A stretch of DNA of 64,000 nt from Octopus vulgaris (Eukaryota): NCBI GenBank assembly GCA_951406725.2, contig OX597818.1:79732001-79796000 (forward strand). The letters run 5' to 3'. Numbering within the stretch: the first letter of the stretch is position 1; each line of letters begins with the position of its first letter. The notes beneath the pieces are model-generated. The model saw only the letters and a program-made list of their open reading frames with translations. It did not search any database and was not told the DNA's origin. Below are positions 12,458 through 27,220 of the stretch, in pieces. Both the position numbers and the translations under genes were made by a program.

Positions 12458-12665
12458 TCCTGATAGATGGTGACACTGCACAGACCGGATGTGTTCACAC
12501 GTTTTTAGCATTGGAGAGATATTTTCTTCACCGGTAACTGCAGTGAATTTGCCTTTTAGCAGTTGAAATATGTCACAAACATATTTTAACTAACCTAAAT
12601 TTTGCTCATGCCTAAACACTGCTTGGCGCTAACATTTTGCTACATATATATATATATATATCATC

Positions 12666-13188
<523 letters not shown>

Positions 13189-13574
13189 TGTGTGTATGAA
13201 TGTACGTATGTATATATGAATGTATGTGTGTATAGATAGATATTAATTGTCTAGAGAAATATTTTGCACCAACAACCTTCGTAAAGTATCCAACACAGGT
13301 TCTAGAAAATTACATGATAACTCAACCATACTTTTAACCATTTCGAAATTTAATCAAACTGAGGGAGATGTCAATGTAGAAAGGATCAGGGATGTGTTTA
13401 TAGGGTACGTAGAAAATTGTAATCGGGTGGTAAAATAGATTTAAGGGATGCATTGTGAGTGCTATGACAGGAGTTTATATGTTAGTAAAAATACAGTAAC
13501 CTCTCAGTGTATGATAAGGATTAATCTCTTTTCTTGGTTATTTTGGTTAATTAAAGTTTAGGTTAATTATAAAT

Positions 13575-14005
13575 TAAGCCCAAAGATATTGAGATTCTCT
13601 GATTCTGTCATGCACATGACTGTGCCCTGGAAAAAATGCATCTGAGTAACTGTGACTAATACCACAAGCTGGTAGAGTAGTGAAGAAACCAGGACAGGTA
13701 GACATGTTGCGGGGCAACTGCAGAAAACTGTTGGGATTTTGTGGGGCGTTCACTCTCTCTGGGTTTGGAGTTACTAGCGCAGCACACACACACACACAAA
13801 AACGGACTATAAATTCCATTACTGAAACTGCAGAGACGGCCACTCGGTGGTTTTGGAAAAAGAGGGTAAACCAGATGACCGCTACTTCTGTGATGCAAGC
13901 AGGAATTTGATGAATCCCTGCTGGGTCAACTGGATGAGACGGTCTAATGTTGATAGACCGCCAAGGCCCCATAATCATCTCTGATTATGTATCTGAGAGC
14001 ATCCG
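13575..14005 (+). mobile_element. HERO/NeSL-like LINE 3' fragment (restriction-like endonuclease and 3' UTR), degenerate
   Basis: Frame-broken motifs MTVPW, GFCGAFTLSGFGV and RTINSITETAETATRWFWKKR resemble LTVPWE...GCRGF...ITEAAEKASRWLW of REL-type LINEs. Confidence 0.7.
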
Positions 14006-14299
14006 TGAGGTGTACCTTGAAACCTTGAAACAAGGTTTATCAATCATTTACTGGTTAACTGGTTTCATGATTTTAGCGTTTGAGTGTATTACAAGCTCGT
14101 ATTCACAATACGAATTTTTTATACATTCGAACATTGCTTTGGTGCATGACTGTGGTATGTACAGGAAGAATATTTAAGAAACATAAATTCTGGTACTCTT
14201 GCATAGCCGTGACTATGATATCTAAAACATACCATAGGACTAAAGAAAATATAACACACACATGAATACTAAATATATAATTATTTTCTAAACTAAGCA

Positions 14300-14497
14300 T
14301 AAGGCCCGAAGTTTTGGGGGATGAGGGTTAATCGATCAGATCGACCCCCGTACGCAACTGATACTTAATTTATCGACCCCGTAAGGATGAAAGGCAAAGT
14401 CGACCTCGGCAGAATTTGAACTCAGAACGTAAAGACAGGCGAAATACCGCTAAGCATTTCGCCCGGCGTGCTAACGTTTCTGTCGGCTCGCCGCCTT
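14300..14497 (-). mobile_element. SINE family D, full length
   Basis: Minus strand: AAGGCGGCGAGCCGACAGAAACGTTAGCACGCCGGGCG...GCCGAGGTCGACTTTGCCTTTCATCC. Confidence 0.85.
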
Positions 14498-14773
14498 ATA
14501 CATAATGTAGTGCGCTTGCGCGCGCACACACACGCAAACACACACACATACACGTACACACACACACCACATATAGGCACACATGCTTGTATAAGAATGA
14601 CTGAGAGAATAGTAGTCGTTTGTGTATTTGAATGTTTTCGTCTGTAAGTGTGGATACATATACACACACATAAAGAGATAGAGAAATAGAGATAGAGAGA
14701 GGAGAGAGAGAGGGGGAGAAACAAACAGACAGGCAGACGAACAGTAAGAGAAACAAACATACAGAGAAAAGCT

Positions 14774-15150
<377 letters not shown>

Positions 15151-15857
15151 CATCCGATTCACAGGCAACTGTACTATTTGAGTCAAGGCTGTTAAGTCAT
15201 CCATCAGAAACACGTGTTGTTCGCTTCTATTGTTATTCTTTAGCTTTAATACATTTCTATGACCTAAACATAATTCCCTAACTTCTCCTCCTCCGCTTCC
15301 TCCTCATTTTCCTCATCTCTATTCCACCCATCTTCTTCTCTTTAGAGCGTATCCGTTCCCTTGTTTTACGCCCCTTTACTCATATACCTGCATATTTCAT
15401 ACAAAAGCATATATTACATTGGTATGTGAAGACTAAAATTCCGTTAACGTCATATTATACCAATAAATGGATGGTTTTAGTACTTAACCATAAATCTTGA
15501 ACAGAAGTCTGTTTGGATTTTTAAAGCCTAAATAGATATTTATGCGTGTATTTTTGCGTGAGTAAGCGTGCTTCTGTGTTTGTGAGTGTGTGTATGTATA
15601 TGTGTGTGTGTGTGCGTGTGTGTACATACACACATACCTAAGCACACATGCCCATGTGTATACGTTTCTATGTATTTATATGTGTATACGTATTGTATTT
15701 ATATATATGCTTATAAATATACATATATATATATATATGTGTGTGTGTGTGCGTGCGTGTCTGTTTGGCTATGTATACAGATATATGCATCTATATATGT
15801 GTGTGTGTGTGTGCATATATATACATATATATATATGTAGACACATACACGCACACA

Positions 15858-15940
<83 letters not shown>

Positions 15941-16174
15941 TTGCATAAAGAGGCTTATGTACCTGAATAATTACGTCAAGACATATATTCAGAAATGTAT
16001 AAAACATATGGTGACATATAATACAATACATATATAGTATATATATCACCATGCACAAATGTATGTATGTACATATATATATCTTCATCTGTGACATCCT
16101 TTATTTTCTCTCCTTGTTTCTCTCTGTGTTCCTTTCTCTGGAAGAGCGTAGGCTCGAAACGTTAAAGATTCCCC

Positions 16175-16255
<81 letters not shown>

Positions 16256-16511
16256 CACACTCACATACACAGACAAATATATACACTTGAGTGTATAGCA
16301 AACCACGTGCATATATATTGTAAAATGTATGGGTTGTACTGTACTGCGTTGTAATACATTTAAACGAGTTAATAGTTTATATTAGCACAGAAAAATACTT
16401 AGCAGAAAAGAAAACTGTTTACTTCATGATGCATGTTAACAAACCAAATGGTTTTACTTTGTTGACCGGTGTCTGACATGCAATAGTTTATGTCGGTTAA
16501 GACTTTCATCT

Positions 16512-16599
<88 letters not shown>

Positions 16600-16810
16600 T
16601 AAAGTTAATCCAAACATGAAAATACAAAGAGAAAACACAACAACGTGAGGACGTGGAACAAATATAGTATTATTGGACGCTCAGGAAGGAAGGGAAGAAG
16701 GAGGGTTTTACGTTTCGAGCGGAGCTCTTCGTTAGAAACATAGGAAAAGGAAAGATCCAGAGAAGGGAAGACGGAGGAAAAAAATCGCCAACGGTACACA
16801 CGCGGTCACA
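16600..16810 (-). mobile_element. Penelope-like terminal repeat between microsatellites, with a one-mismatch minimal hammerhead (16705-16739)
   Basis: Minus: GTTT-CTAACGA-A-GAGC(TCC)GCTC-GAAACGTA-AAAC. The only core deviation is G5>A. Confidence 0.65.
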
Positions 16811-16831
16811 CATACACACACACACACACAC

Positions 16832-16874
<43 letters not shown>

Positions 16875-17180
16875 TATATATATATATGGGTGTGTGTGAT
16901 TGTGTATAGAAGAATATATTAATAAAAAGAATTCAACCTTGTCTGATTTTCACGTTTTATTTACAATCTTATAATGATATATTATAAGATAATATATTAT
17001 AATTGAATAAAATAAAATGAAATAGTAGAATGTTAAATATTCATTCTGATTGAACTAGTACTTTCATGCATTGAATTCTGCAATCTTCGGGTTCATGTAG
17101 TAGTGTTGACAGTCATGCTTCACAATTTTTGACTGTACATATATATATATTAAAAAACACACACACTTGTCTTGTTAATC

Positions 17181-17305
17181 ACAGCTACCCAGGGTTTCGT
17201 GGTGGAAACATTTATTTGACCGTTCTTCAGCCTGAGAACAGGACCATCTTCTTATGGGAAGAGTGGCGAAATGTAAATTCCGACCACGAAAGCCTGGGTA
17301 GGTTT
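17181..17305. repeat. Foldback element with two divergently oriented hammerhead-like motifs
   Basis: Arms CTACCCAGGGTTTCGTGGT and ACCACGAAAGCCTGGGTAG. The minus copy keeps CTGAAGA and GAAACCCTGGGTA. Confidence 0.65.
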
Positions 17306-17562
17306 TTTTAAATTATAACATTACGTTTACTCTCTTAGCTGATCGAGTGTCGTTGTTGAAGACTTACCACATAATATATACAGGGCTGGACAATTCCAAG
17401 ATTTATTTATGTTTAACAACTGAATGAATTTAAGAATAGCATCTAAATATGAAACATCATGAAAATTGTTCAAACTGAAGTCCTTGAGTGACACATTTTT
17501 CCATTCGAGTCAATACAGAATTATAGATAGTATTTATGGAATTTTGATTTACTGTCGGGTGG

Positions 17563-17612
<50 letters not shown>

Positions 17613-17631
17613 CTATACAAATGAGATGATT

Positions 17632-18090
17632 TTTTTTTCCAACGCAGAAATACTGGGTAAATTTTCCTTATGAATCGGATGAATTTGTAAACACACAGCC
17701 ATGGGATCCTAACCGACATTCCTCACCACTCCGGATAAGTGTTTTACCATTAAGCTAAACTGCCGGATGACAAATTTACACGCAAATTTAGGTGCTAAAT
17801 ATCTAAATATACGAGTAAGTGCATATCAATATAAACAAACATTTGTTTGATACAGATAAGGAAATAATTTTATTCTCAAACGCAGGATAATGCTAATAAT
17901 ATAGCATAAACAGGATAAACTATCCATATTTTGCAGAAAAATCTGTCGGCGGCCAGCCATGAGACTCGAACTCACATCCCTGTGAGTGCTTTACCATTAG
18001 GCTAAACTGTCCCAACGACAAATTCTTCTGCAAATTTAGGATATATAAATCTAGCTTTATATGACGTTGTCATACATCAAAACGCTTCTA
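17632..18090 (-). repeat. Two diverged tandem ~245-bp units, each with a tRNA-like pseudogene
   Basis: Minus: GGCAGTTTAGCTTAATGGTAAAAC... (17764-17696) and GGACAGTTTAGCCTAATGGTAAAGC...GTTCGAGTCTCATGGCTG (18012-17954). Both share the flank GACAAATT..GCAAATTTAGG. Confidence 0.55.
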
Positions 18091-18119
18091 AAGCAAACTT
18101 TGTTGACTTTCAACGTAAC

Positions 18120-18687
18120 ATGCGATAGCGTCTCATCGAAAACCTTCCCCAACCCCGAGTTATGGTGACTGTTCGGTGGTGTACTGCTGGGCTTAACAAC
18201 TATAACTTCTTAAAACCATTACTGCAGAATCATTGCCTTGAAATTGCCAAAAATGAACGAAAAACTGCTACTCTTCCGTTCCAGACTAGTCATCAGGAAA
18301 GGACCAATCATTCTTCATGACTATACTCAACCACACGTTTCTCTAATGGCGCTCCAGAAGTTGAGGGAACTTGGCTACGAACTTCTTCCCAACCCAGCTT
18401 ATCCACCAGACTTCTATCCTACTGACTACCACTTTTTCAAGCACCTTCATGGTTTCCTGCGAGAGTAGTTCGAAATTCAAACCGATGCTGAAAGTGAGTT
18501 CAAAGAGTTCATCAGCTCCAGATCTCCAGACTTCTATGTTACCGGAATAAACAAACTTGTGAATCGTTGGCAAAAACTGTGTTGATTGTAATGGTACATA
18601 GTTTGATGAATAAAATTTCCGCATTATTGAAATATATTGTGATGAATTTCAGGCTTTAAGACATTGCTTACTTTTTACTCGGCCTGG
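18120..18687 (+). mobile_element. Mariner (DD34D) transposon 3' half, pseudogenised
   Basis: RKGPIILHDYTQPHVS...LGYELLPNPAYPPDFYPTDYHFFKHL (HDNARPH and YSPDLAP motifs), then FYVTGINKLVNRWQK. Probable TIR ends at 18687, followed by TA. Confidence 0.9.
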
Positions 18688-18752
18688 TATATTTGAACTG
18701 GTAACAAGTTTATGTACATGCATACACACACACACATACACACACACACACT

Positions 18753-18824
<72 letters not shown>

Positions 18825-18945
18825 CACATTCATACACAGATATATTCGTGTGTATATGTTTCTGCGCTTTGTTATACTAAGAGAAAAAAGTGTATTCAGA
18901 AATCAATGCATTTGTTAAAGCTCCTTATTATATAACTGTAAATGG

Positions 18946-19004
<59 letters not shown>

Positions 19005-19686
19005 TACATATACATATACTACATGTCAAAATTTCGACAGAGTGGATGATTTTTAATACGACCAAAGTTTCTAAATGTTGGGTGATTCAGTTCTGTAGTT
19101 TCTTTATGAATAGCAGTCGATCTAGATTACTATATAAACATTTTCTTATGTAACCTCAGTGCACCGATAACTATTGGAGTGGAGTGAAATGCCTAGTAAA
19201 GCTACAATAGCGATTGGTTACTCATGTTCTCCAATCTAAAAGATATTCTCATTAGCTGTGAAAAAGATGCCCTCCATCACCTCCATAATAGTTTCTTGAC
19301 CCGGAGGACAATTTGGATTTTGTTATCTATGCACTTAGTAGATGTTTTCCTTGAAATAGTGTCTTAGTGCTAATTATGTTTTCAGTGGCCATGTTTTATT
19401 TATAAGGGCGTTATTGTATATCACTTTTATCATAACGTTACATAAAGTTTTCTTTTATTGGAGTGAGGCTTTGGACTGTAGCCATGCTAGAACACCAACC
19501 TAAAGGGTATAGGTTGATTTTATCCACCTCCCGTGCTTTGTTTGGTACCTGTTTCATTTCATCTTTCTTGTAACAGAAGAAATATAAGGTAATCATTGAC
19601 ATAATGGAAGATAACTTCATCGTACGTTAATACTGTAGTCTATTTCCAATTGAACGTACAAGGTTTTTTCCCATACAGCTCTGTAT

Positions 19687-19761
<75 letters not shown>

Positions 19762-20542
19762 ATCTTGGTTGTAACCCGTCAGAAGGTTACCATTGGTTTC
19801 ACGTCTACTATTGCACTTGGCAATATAGGACATTCATCAGAACTGTTGGCCAGAATCAGATGGATTTTTTACTAATGGAGGTAAATATCCAATCTTGGTC
19901 GGTTTGGTGGTGAAAAACTGTATATTTACTTCCGTTAGTAAATATGCTATGTGCTTTTGGCCATATGTTATGTTAAAGCAATTTCAACCCTCACCTCAAA
20001 ATTACTGGCTTTATGCCAAAATTTCAAACAAATATTTTTATTAAATGAGCTCTTAAGTACGGAGAGCTCGGCTCAAGCTGTTAACTCTCATCGAACTAGT
20101 TGACTGGGAACTAGTCAATCGTTGGAAGCAATCAATCACGTATGTTTTCAAGTCTTCATACAGGAAGCTATAGTTATTATATTTACATTCTGCAAAGTTT
20201 TGAGACCTTTAAACCAAAGCAGGATAATCATGCGTATTGAAACATTTATTTTTACAGTGGAGATTGTTTAGAAAGTGCTGTCTTGAATACAAGGACTCAC
20301 AGGGCCAGTTATCTGATTTCCATGGAGTATAAATGAAGAGGTCACAAGTTCTCACCTGGATGGGACGCCAGTCCGTCGTAGCATAACTACAGCTGAGTGG
20401 ACGATTATCAGCCATACACTCTAACCATCGCCTCCACACTCATTCTTCTTATTTCATTGTTCATTTGTTTTGTATTCATAAATTTATTTGAGATTTCTCT
20501 CCGACACACATATATTTTTATTATTCACTTATCAAGCTGACC

Positions 20543-21053
20543 GTGGAGGCGCGTGGCTTAGCAGTTAGGGTGTCAGCATCATGATGGTAAGATCGTGGTT
20601 TCGATTCCTAAACCGGGCGACGCGTTGCGTTCTTGAGCAAAAACACCTCATTTCACGTTGCTCCAGTCCACTCAGCTGGCAAAAATGAGTAAAGCTGCGA
20701 TGGACTGCGTCCCGTCCAGCTGGGGTACAAATACGCCATTGAAATCGGGAAACCGGGCCCATGAGCCTGGCTAAGCTTTAAAGGGGCGCATTTATTTGGT
20801 GGAGGCGCGTGGCTTAGTGGTTAGGGTGTCAGCACCATAATCGTAAGATTGTGGTTTCCATTCCTGGCCGGGCGACGCGTTGTGTTCTTGAGCAAAACAC
20901 TTCATTTCACGTTGCTCCAGTTCACTCAGCTGCAAAAATTAATAACGCTGCGATGGACTGGCGCCTCGTCCAGCTGGGGAACACATACGCCATTGAAACC
21001 GGGAAACCGGGCCCATGAGCCTGGCTAGGCTTTAAAAGGGCGCATTTATTATT
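20543..21053 (+). mobile_element. Head-to-tail dimer of SINE family C in a single 14-bp TSD
   Basis: Units 20543-20797 and 20798-21053. TTATCAAGCTGACC at 20529-20542 and 21054-21067. Confidence 0.9.
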
Positions 21054-21079
21054 TTATCAAGCTGACCAGATGAATTTGT

Positions 21080-21306
21080 TGGTAGTGATCAAATGTCTGC
21101 GCCGTACATTAGTTCTCTCCCTCTATCAAATCGACATTGGACCGTACAGGTGCTTGGTGTACCACAAGTCAGATATCAAAGTGATCGCAGCGTAATGTGA
21201 AATGAAGTGGTTTTCCTCAAGAATACAATGCACCACCCGGTCCGGGAATCGAAACTGCAATATTGCAATCGTGAGTACAACACCCGAAGCACTAGGCCAC
21301 GTGCCT
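21080..21306 (-). mobile_element. SINE with family C-like head and a different tail
   Basis: Minus: GGCACGTGGCCTAGTGCTTCGGG...GTTTCGATTCCCGGACCGGG...TTCATTTCACATTACGCTGCGATCAC, then sequence unlike the C tail. Confidence 0.65.
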
Positions 21307-21839
21307 TAACGTTTATCATTAAAAGAAAAAAAATACTGATTGAATACATGCGATCCCAAACCAAATAGCCGTGCTTTTTGTGCCTCATCAGGCATTCTGT
21401 ATGCCAATTATAAACAGGAGCTTGCTCTCTGATTCAGGCGTAAATCCTTATATGCTGTTACATAGAATACAGCGAGGATTTACCAAACATCGAGGTTAAT
21501 TATAGCGTGAAGAGTTTGTTGATAAAAGGTTTTACTACTAATTTGAGCATGTCGATCGTCTGTGTGGGAGCCCCCTCCTTTTACTTTTGTTACGGTATTA
21601 TGTATTACATGAAATTAATTGCTTGTATTTATTTTTTGGTCAGTTCCAATTTCATTTTGGGGTTCTATTTTTTCTTTTGCCCTCAGTATAACTCCGTCTC
21701 CCTCTCTCTCTCTCTCTCTTATTCTCTCGGTCTCTTTCACACACACATGCTCACACAAACTCATACACATACAAACACAAGCACAAAGACACTCTTTCTC
21801 TCTCTCTCTCTCTCTCTGCAATTATATAGATAGGGACCG

Positions 21840-21893
<54 letters not shown>

Positions 21894-21902
21894 ATGTATA
21901 TA

Positions 21903-22062
21903 GGCGTGGGTGTGTGGTAAGAAGCTTGCTTCCCAACCACATGAGTCCGGGGGTCTTTTCCCACTGCGTGGCACCTCGGGCAAGTGTCTTTTACTGTAGC
22001 CTCGGGCCGACAAAAGCCTTGTGAGTGAATTTGATAGGCGGAAACTGAAAGAAGCCCGTTCT
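21903..22062 (+). mobile_element. SINE family A 5' half ending in microsatellite
   Basis: GGCGTGGGTGTGTGGTAAGAAGC...GGAAACTGAAAGAAGCCCG followed by TA/TG repeats. Confidence 0.85.
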
Positions 22063-22150
22063 ATATATATGTGTGTGTTGTGTGTTTGTGTGTGTGTACA
22101 TATATGTATGTACATACACATATACATACATACATATATATATGTATATA

Positions 22151-22186
<36 letters not shown>

Positions 22187-22949
22187 TGTATGTATGTATG
22201 TATGTATGTATGTATGCATATATACACACACACATATTCGCATACATATTACTCATTCACATACACCACGGCATACCCATCACTCGCAGACAAATATAAC
22301 TTACTGACATGTACCATGCTTTCGCTAATTATTTTTGCGTCTATGTAGCCGCCAACTGATACAGACATCCTCTCAACCATCCCTCCTCCCTTTGACCCAG
22401 CAGCACCTCTTGAGCGAGTCACCATGAGGCGGAGAGAGTGTGACAGAGAGAGGGAGAGAGAGAGAGAGACTGAGAAAGAGCTGTACAATCACTCGACTGG
22501 TACCCATTTGTAACTGAGTAAACTGGATCAACCTGAATTAAAGCGCTTTGTTCAATGATAAAACGCGCTCCTTGATCACAAAATTCAACTCAAAACTTTT
22601 GATGTATGTATTTATGTATGTATGTATTTATGTATGTATGTATGTATGTATGTATGTATGTATGTCATTATCCAGTTTTATCTCATTGTTTCTTGCCAAC
22701 AGCGAAAGAAGTTTTGTAATCGTATTCATATAATCGAAAGGAATATGATTCATAATTTAAATAAGAACATTTGTGAACTTTGAATGTATAAGCGTATAAA
22801 CAAGCGTAAAATAGTGTAAACAACTAAAATAAAAGTATGTCTTACATTTTTTTCTTAATACTTTTTTATGTAGTGGTCGGACGAAACTCTGGCTTTCGTT
22901 AGAAGTGATCCACATAACCATTCATGATACAGAGGCTGGGAGCCTATTT

Positions 22950-23837
<888 letters not shown>

Positions 23838-24120
23838 CAGAAAAAATAGAGTATATGTGAATTGCGGGTTAAAAGAACGTACTCTGTTAGTTTGGTTTAT
23901 AATACTGCGAAGCCTTTTATCCGACGCGTGACATTCTGTTCACCGTTTTTTGGCATACGTCAAAAATGTTTCATAGCTCTTCTCAACGTGAAATAATGGT
24001 TAAAATATTTAAACTAAAAATTGTTGTATACTCATGCTTTTTCTACAAATGAAAATTAACCGTTTAATCTATACGAAAGTACTAATGTCATGTGTGTATG
24101 TGCGAGCGTGCGTGCGTGCA

Positions 24121-24153
<33 letters not shown>

Positions 24154-24164
24154 TGTTTGTGTGC

Positions 24165-24395
24165 TTGCCTTTGTATCTGCCTTTGTCCCCTCCCCACTGC
24201 TTGACAACCGGTATCGGTTTCTTTGTCTCAGTAACAGCGGTTCGGCAAAACAGACCGATAGTATAAGAACAAAACTTAAAATAAAAAAAAAGTAAGTACT
24301 TGGGTCGATTTGTGCAAGTAAATCCTTTAAGTTGGTGCTCCAGCATGGCCACAGTCCAGTGACTGAAACGAGTAACAGATAACATAGTAAAGATA
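24165..24395 (+). mobile_element. SINE family A 3' half
   Basis: CTTGACAACCGG...AGCGGTTCGGCAAAA...GGTGCTCCAGCATGGCCACAGTC, preceded by (TG)n. Confidence 0.8.
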
Positions 24396-25061
24396 TTCTG
24401 ACATGCATATTTCTCCAGAGGTGTAGACATTGGTATTTATTGAAACAAGAAACACAAAGAGCCGTATGAAAACAACTCTATAGAGATTCAGACTAAACGA
24501 ATTCAGATCTCTGTCCAATTTTACAACAAGCATTGCTTGATAACATTTCTTTTAATAAAGGTGTCGGATTTATTATATCGGTTAGTTTAAGTTCAAACAG
24601 TTAATTCTTACAGTATTTGGGATATAAGATTGCATATCCTGACAGAAGTTAACAGAAATAGTCGTAAAAATGTGATAAAATCGTAGCAGCTATCAACAAC
24701 ATAACTGATAAGCATTCGACGTGATAAATATATTAGAATTAGACTGTCCAAAGTAGTTCTTGTAGAGCCCCAGGGATGAAGTAACTGTGTTGAGAGTAAA
24801 ACGATAGCTATGAGTGAATAGAGGGAGTCGAAAAATTGTAAGTGGTCTAAAATTTTCAAGCGAGGAAAATTTCAATTTTAGATATATAAAATATAAAATG
24901 TTTTTCTTATGTAATCCGTTATTTTGTGTGATGAGTGAAATCTATTAAAGCGAGAGGAGCTAGCTGCTCAGTATCACGAATGTGTAGTTGTAGAAGAGAA
25001 TGTTTCAATAATTCAACAGCATATCTGTCAATCTCTCTATCTATCTGTTTCTCTCTCTCTC

Positions 25062-25149
<88 letters not shown>

Positions 25150-25168
25150 TTTCTACCTATTATATACG

Positions 25169-25253
<85 letters not shown>

Positions 25254-25432
25254 TATTATTTGCGAGTTACTTAATCATTGACATTTTATTGTTATTTTAA
25301 TTTTAATTTTTCTATTATATGTAATTTTCTAGATGGTGTAATTTAATTGTTCATTTTTAATTGATATATATACATATATGTATAAACTTATATACTTACA
25401 TATGTACATATACACACATGCATACACATATA

Positions 25433-25715
25433 TGTTGTTGTTGTTGTTGTTTGTTCCTTCTCGAGCTATGCCATGTTCATAAGGGCCGCTTTCCCGGTTT
25501 CATTGGCGAATAGGTCCCCACCTGGACGGGACTCTGGTCCGTCGCAAGTGAGCTACTTGATGCAGGAGGAAAGAGTGAGAGAAAGTTGTGACGAAAGAGT
25601 CAGTAGAAGTTCGCCATTACCTTCTGTCGGGGTCGCGTGGAGGTTGGGTGTTTCGCTCATAAACGCACGCATCGCCCGGTCTGAAATTCGAACCAATAGA
25701 TAATGTGACTCCACC
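25433..25715 (-). mobile_element. SINE family B with (CAA)n tail
   Basis: Minus strand aligns with the body of 6060-6200 (CAGACCGGGCG..GAGCGAAA..CTCCACG..CAACTTTCTCTCAC) and ends CTCGAGAAGGAACAAACAACAAC. Confidence 0.75.
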
Positions 25716-25840
25716 ACACACATATATACGTACATATATTCATACATCCATATATGATTATTCTTTTACAAGAATAGTGTTGAGAGTGACTTTCAATTTT
25801 CGGCTAGCGTAACCAACCTTGACATAAAAAAACTATAATA

Positions 25841-25878
<38 letters not shown>

Positions 25879-26559
25879 ATGTGTGTGTGTGTGTGTGTAT
25901 GTGTGTGTATGTGCGCGCGCGTGTGTGTGTCTGTAAGATCCAAGGATGGAGGTGTAGGAAGAAAGTTAGCTTCAAGCAATCCGCAGTAAATATAAAAGCA
26001 ACTTCCAGGAACAATAGTGGTTTATTGAGGCGGTAAGTTGTTGATTTTTTTCGTATCGAAGTACGATAAGCTAAAACTTTTTAAACATATATATTTCACG
26101 GTAGGCAACCAGGGTTGCTGGATATGCGAATAAGAATATAAGAGTTAAGGAATGGAGCAAATAAGAGTTACATATGTTTCATAGCGAGTGGAACCTCGGA
26201 AGTGGTAAATACCCAAGCGAAGTATATACAACAGGTTACTCTTCAGGCCAAGGGTATCTTGAATAAATGAAGTTTACATTGTCGTAAGGAGGTACATGTT
26301 AACACATGGATGATTTGATAAGGAGTGTGTAGAGAGCACAGTAAGAGTGTAGAATATAAATGTGGAGAGAAATTAAAAATATAGGAATATGTAAAAGGAA
26401 TAAAAATATAAGTGAGTGAGAGAGTTAAGGTATTTAAGCAAGGTCATTTGACAGATAGTTTTCAATAGGCCTATTTTGGTCGAGTCATGGAGATTTGCAA
26501 AGGGAGTGATATTTGGAAAAAAAGATAATGTGGGGGGAAGAGGGTGAGGAAGCACTTGT

Positions 26560-26629
<70 letters not shown>

Positions 26630-26634
26630 ACGAA

Positions 26635-26850
26635 GATGCGTGGCTTGATAAATAAGGTTTGCGCTCACGATCGGTAGATCGTGATTGCGATTCCCGAACC
26701 AAGTAGTGTATTGTGCAAAATACTTCCTTTTACATCGTTCCAGTCCACTCAGCTGTTAATGTGTAAACCTGCGACGGGCCCGGAAGCACTAGGTTCGATG
26801 TAATCGATCGGACTTGTTGGCCTTGTGCTAAAATATGAAGCCAAAATTAG
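26635..26850 (+). mobile_element. Chimeric or nested SINE: family C head with family D tail
   Basis: CCAGTCCACTCAGCTG (family C) joined to GCACTAGGTTCGATGTAATCGA..GGCCTTGTGCTAAAA (family D). Confidence 0.55.
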
Positions 26851-26912
26851 ATAATTATATATGCGCATGTATGTGTGTATGTGCGTAGTGCGTGCAATCT
26901 ACCTATCTATCT

Positions 26913-27066
<154 letters not shown>

Positions 27067-27220
27067 GGTATGTAGAAAAATACAACATGGACAAGAACGT
27101 ATAACTCTTAGAAGACGACACAATAAACACGGACAGGACATTCGAAACCCTCAGTCTTCAGTCAAGAACCGGATCATCGTAGTAATTTCGGCTGATTAAT
27201 CTTATATATATATATATATA

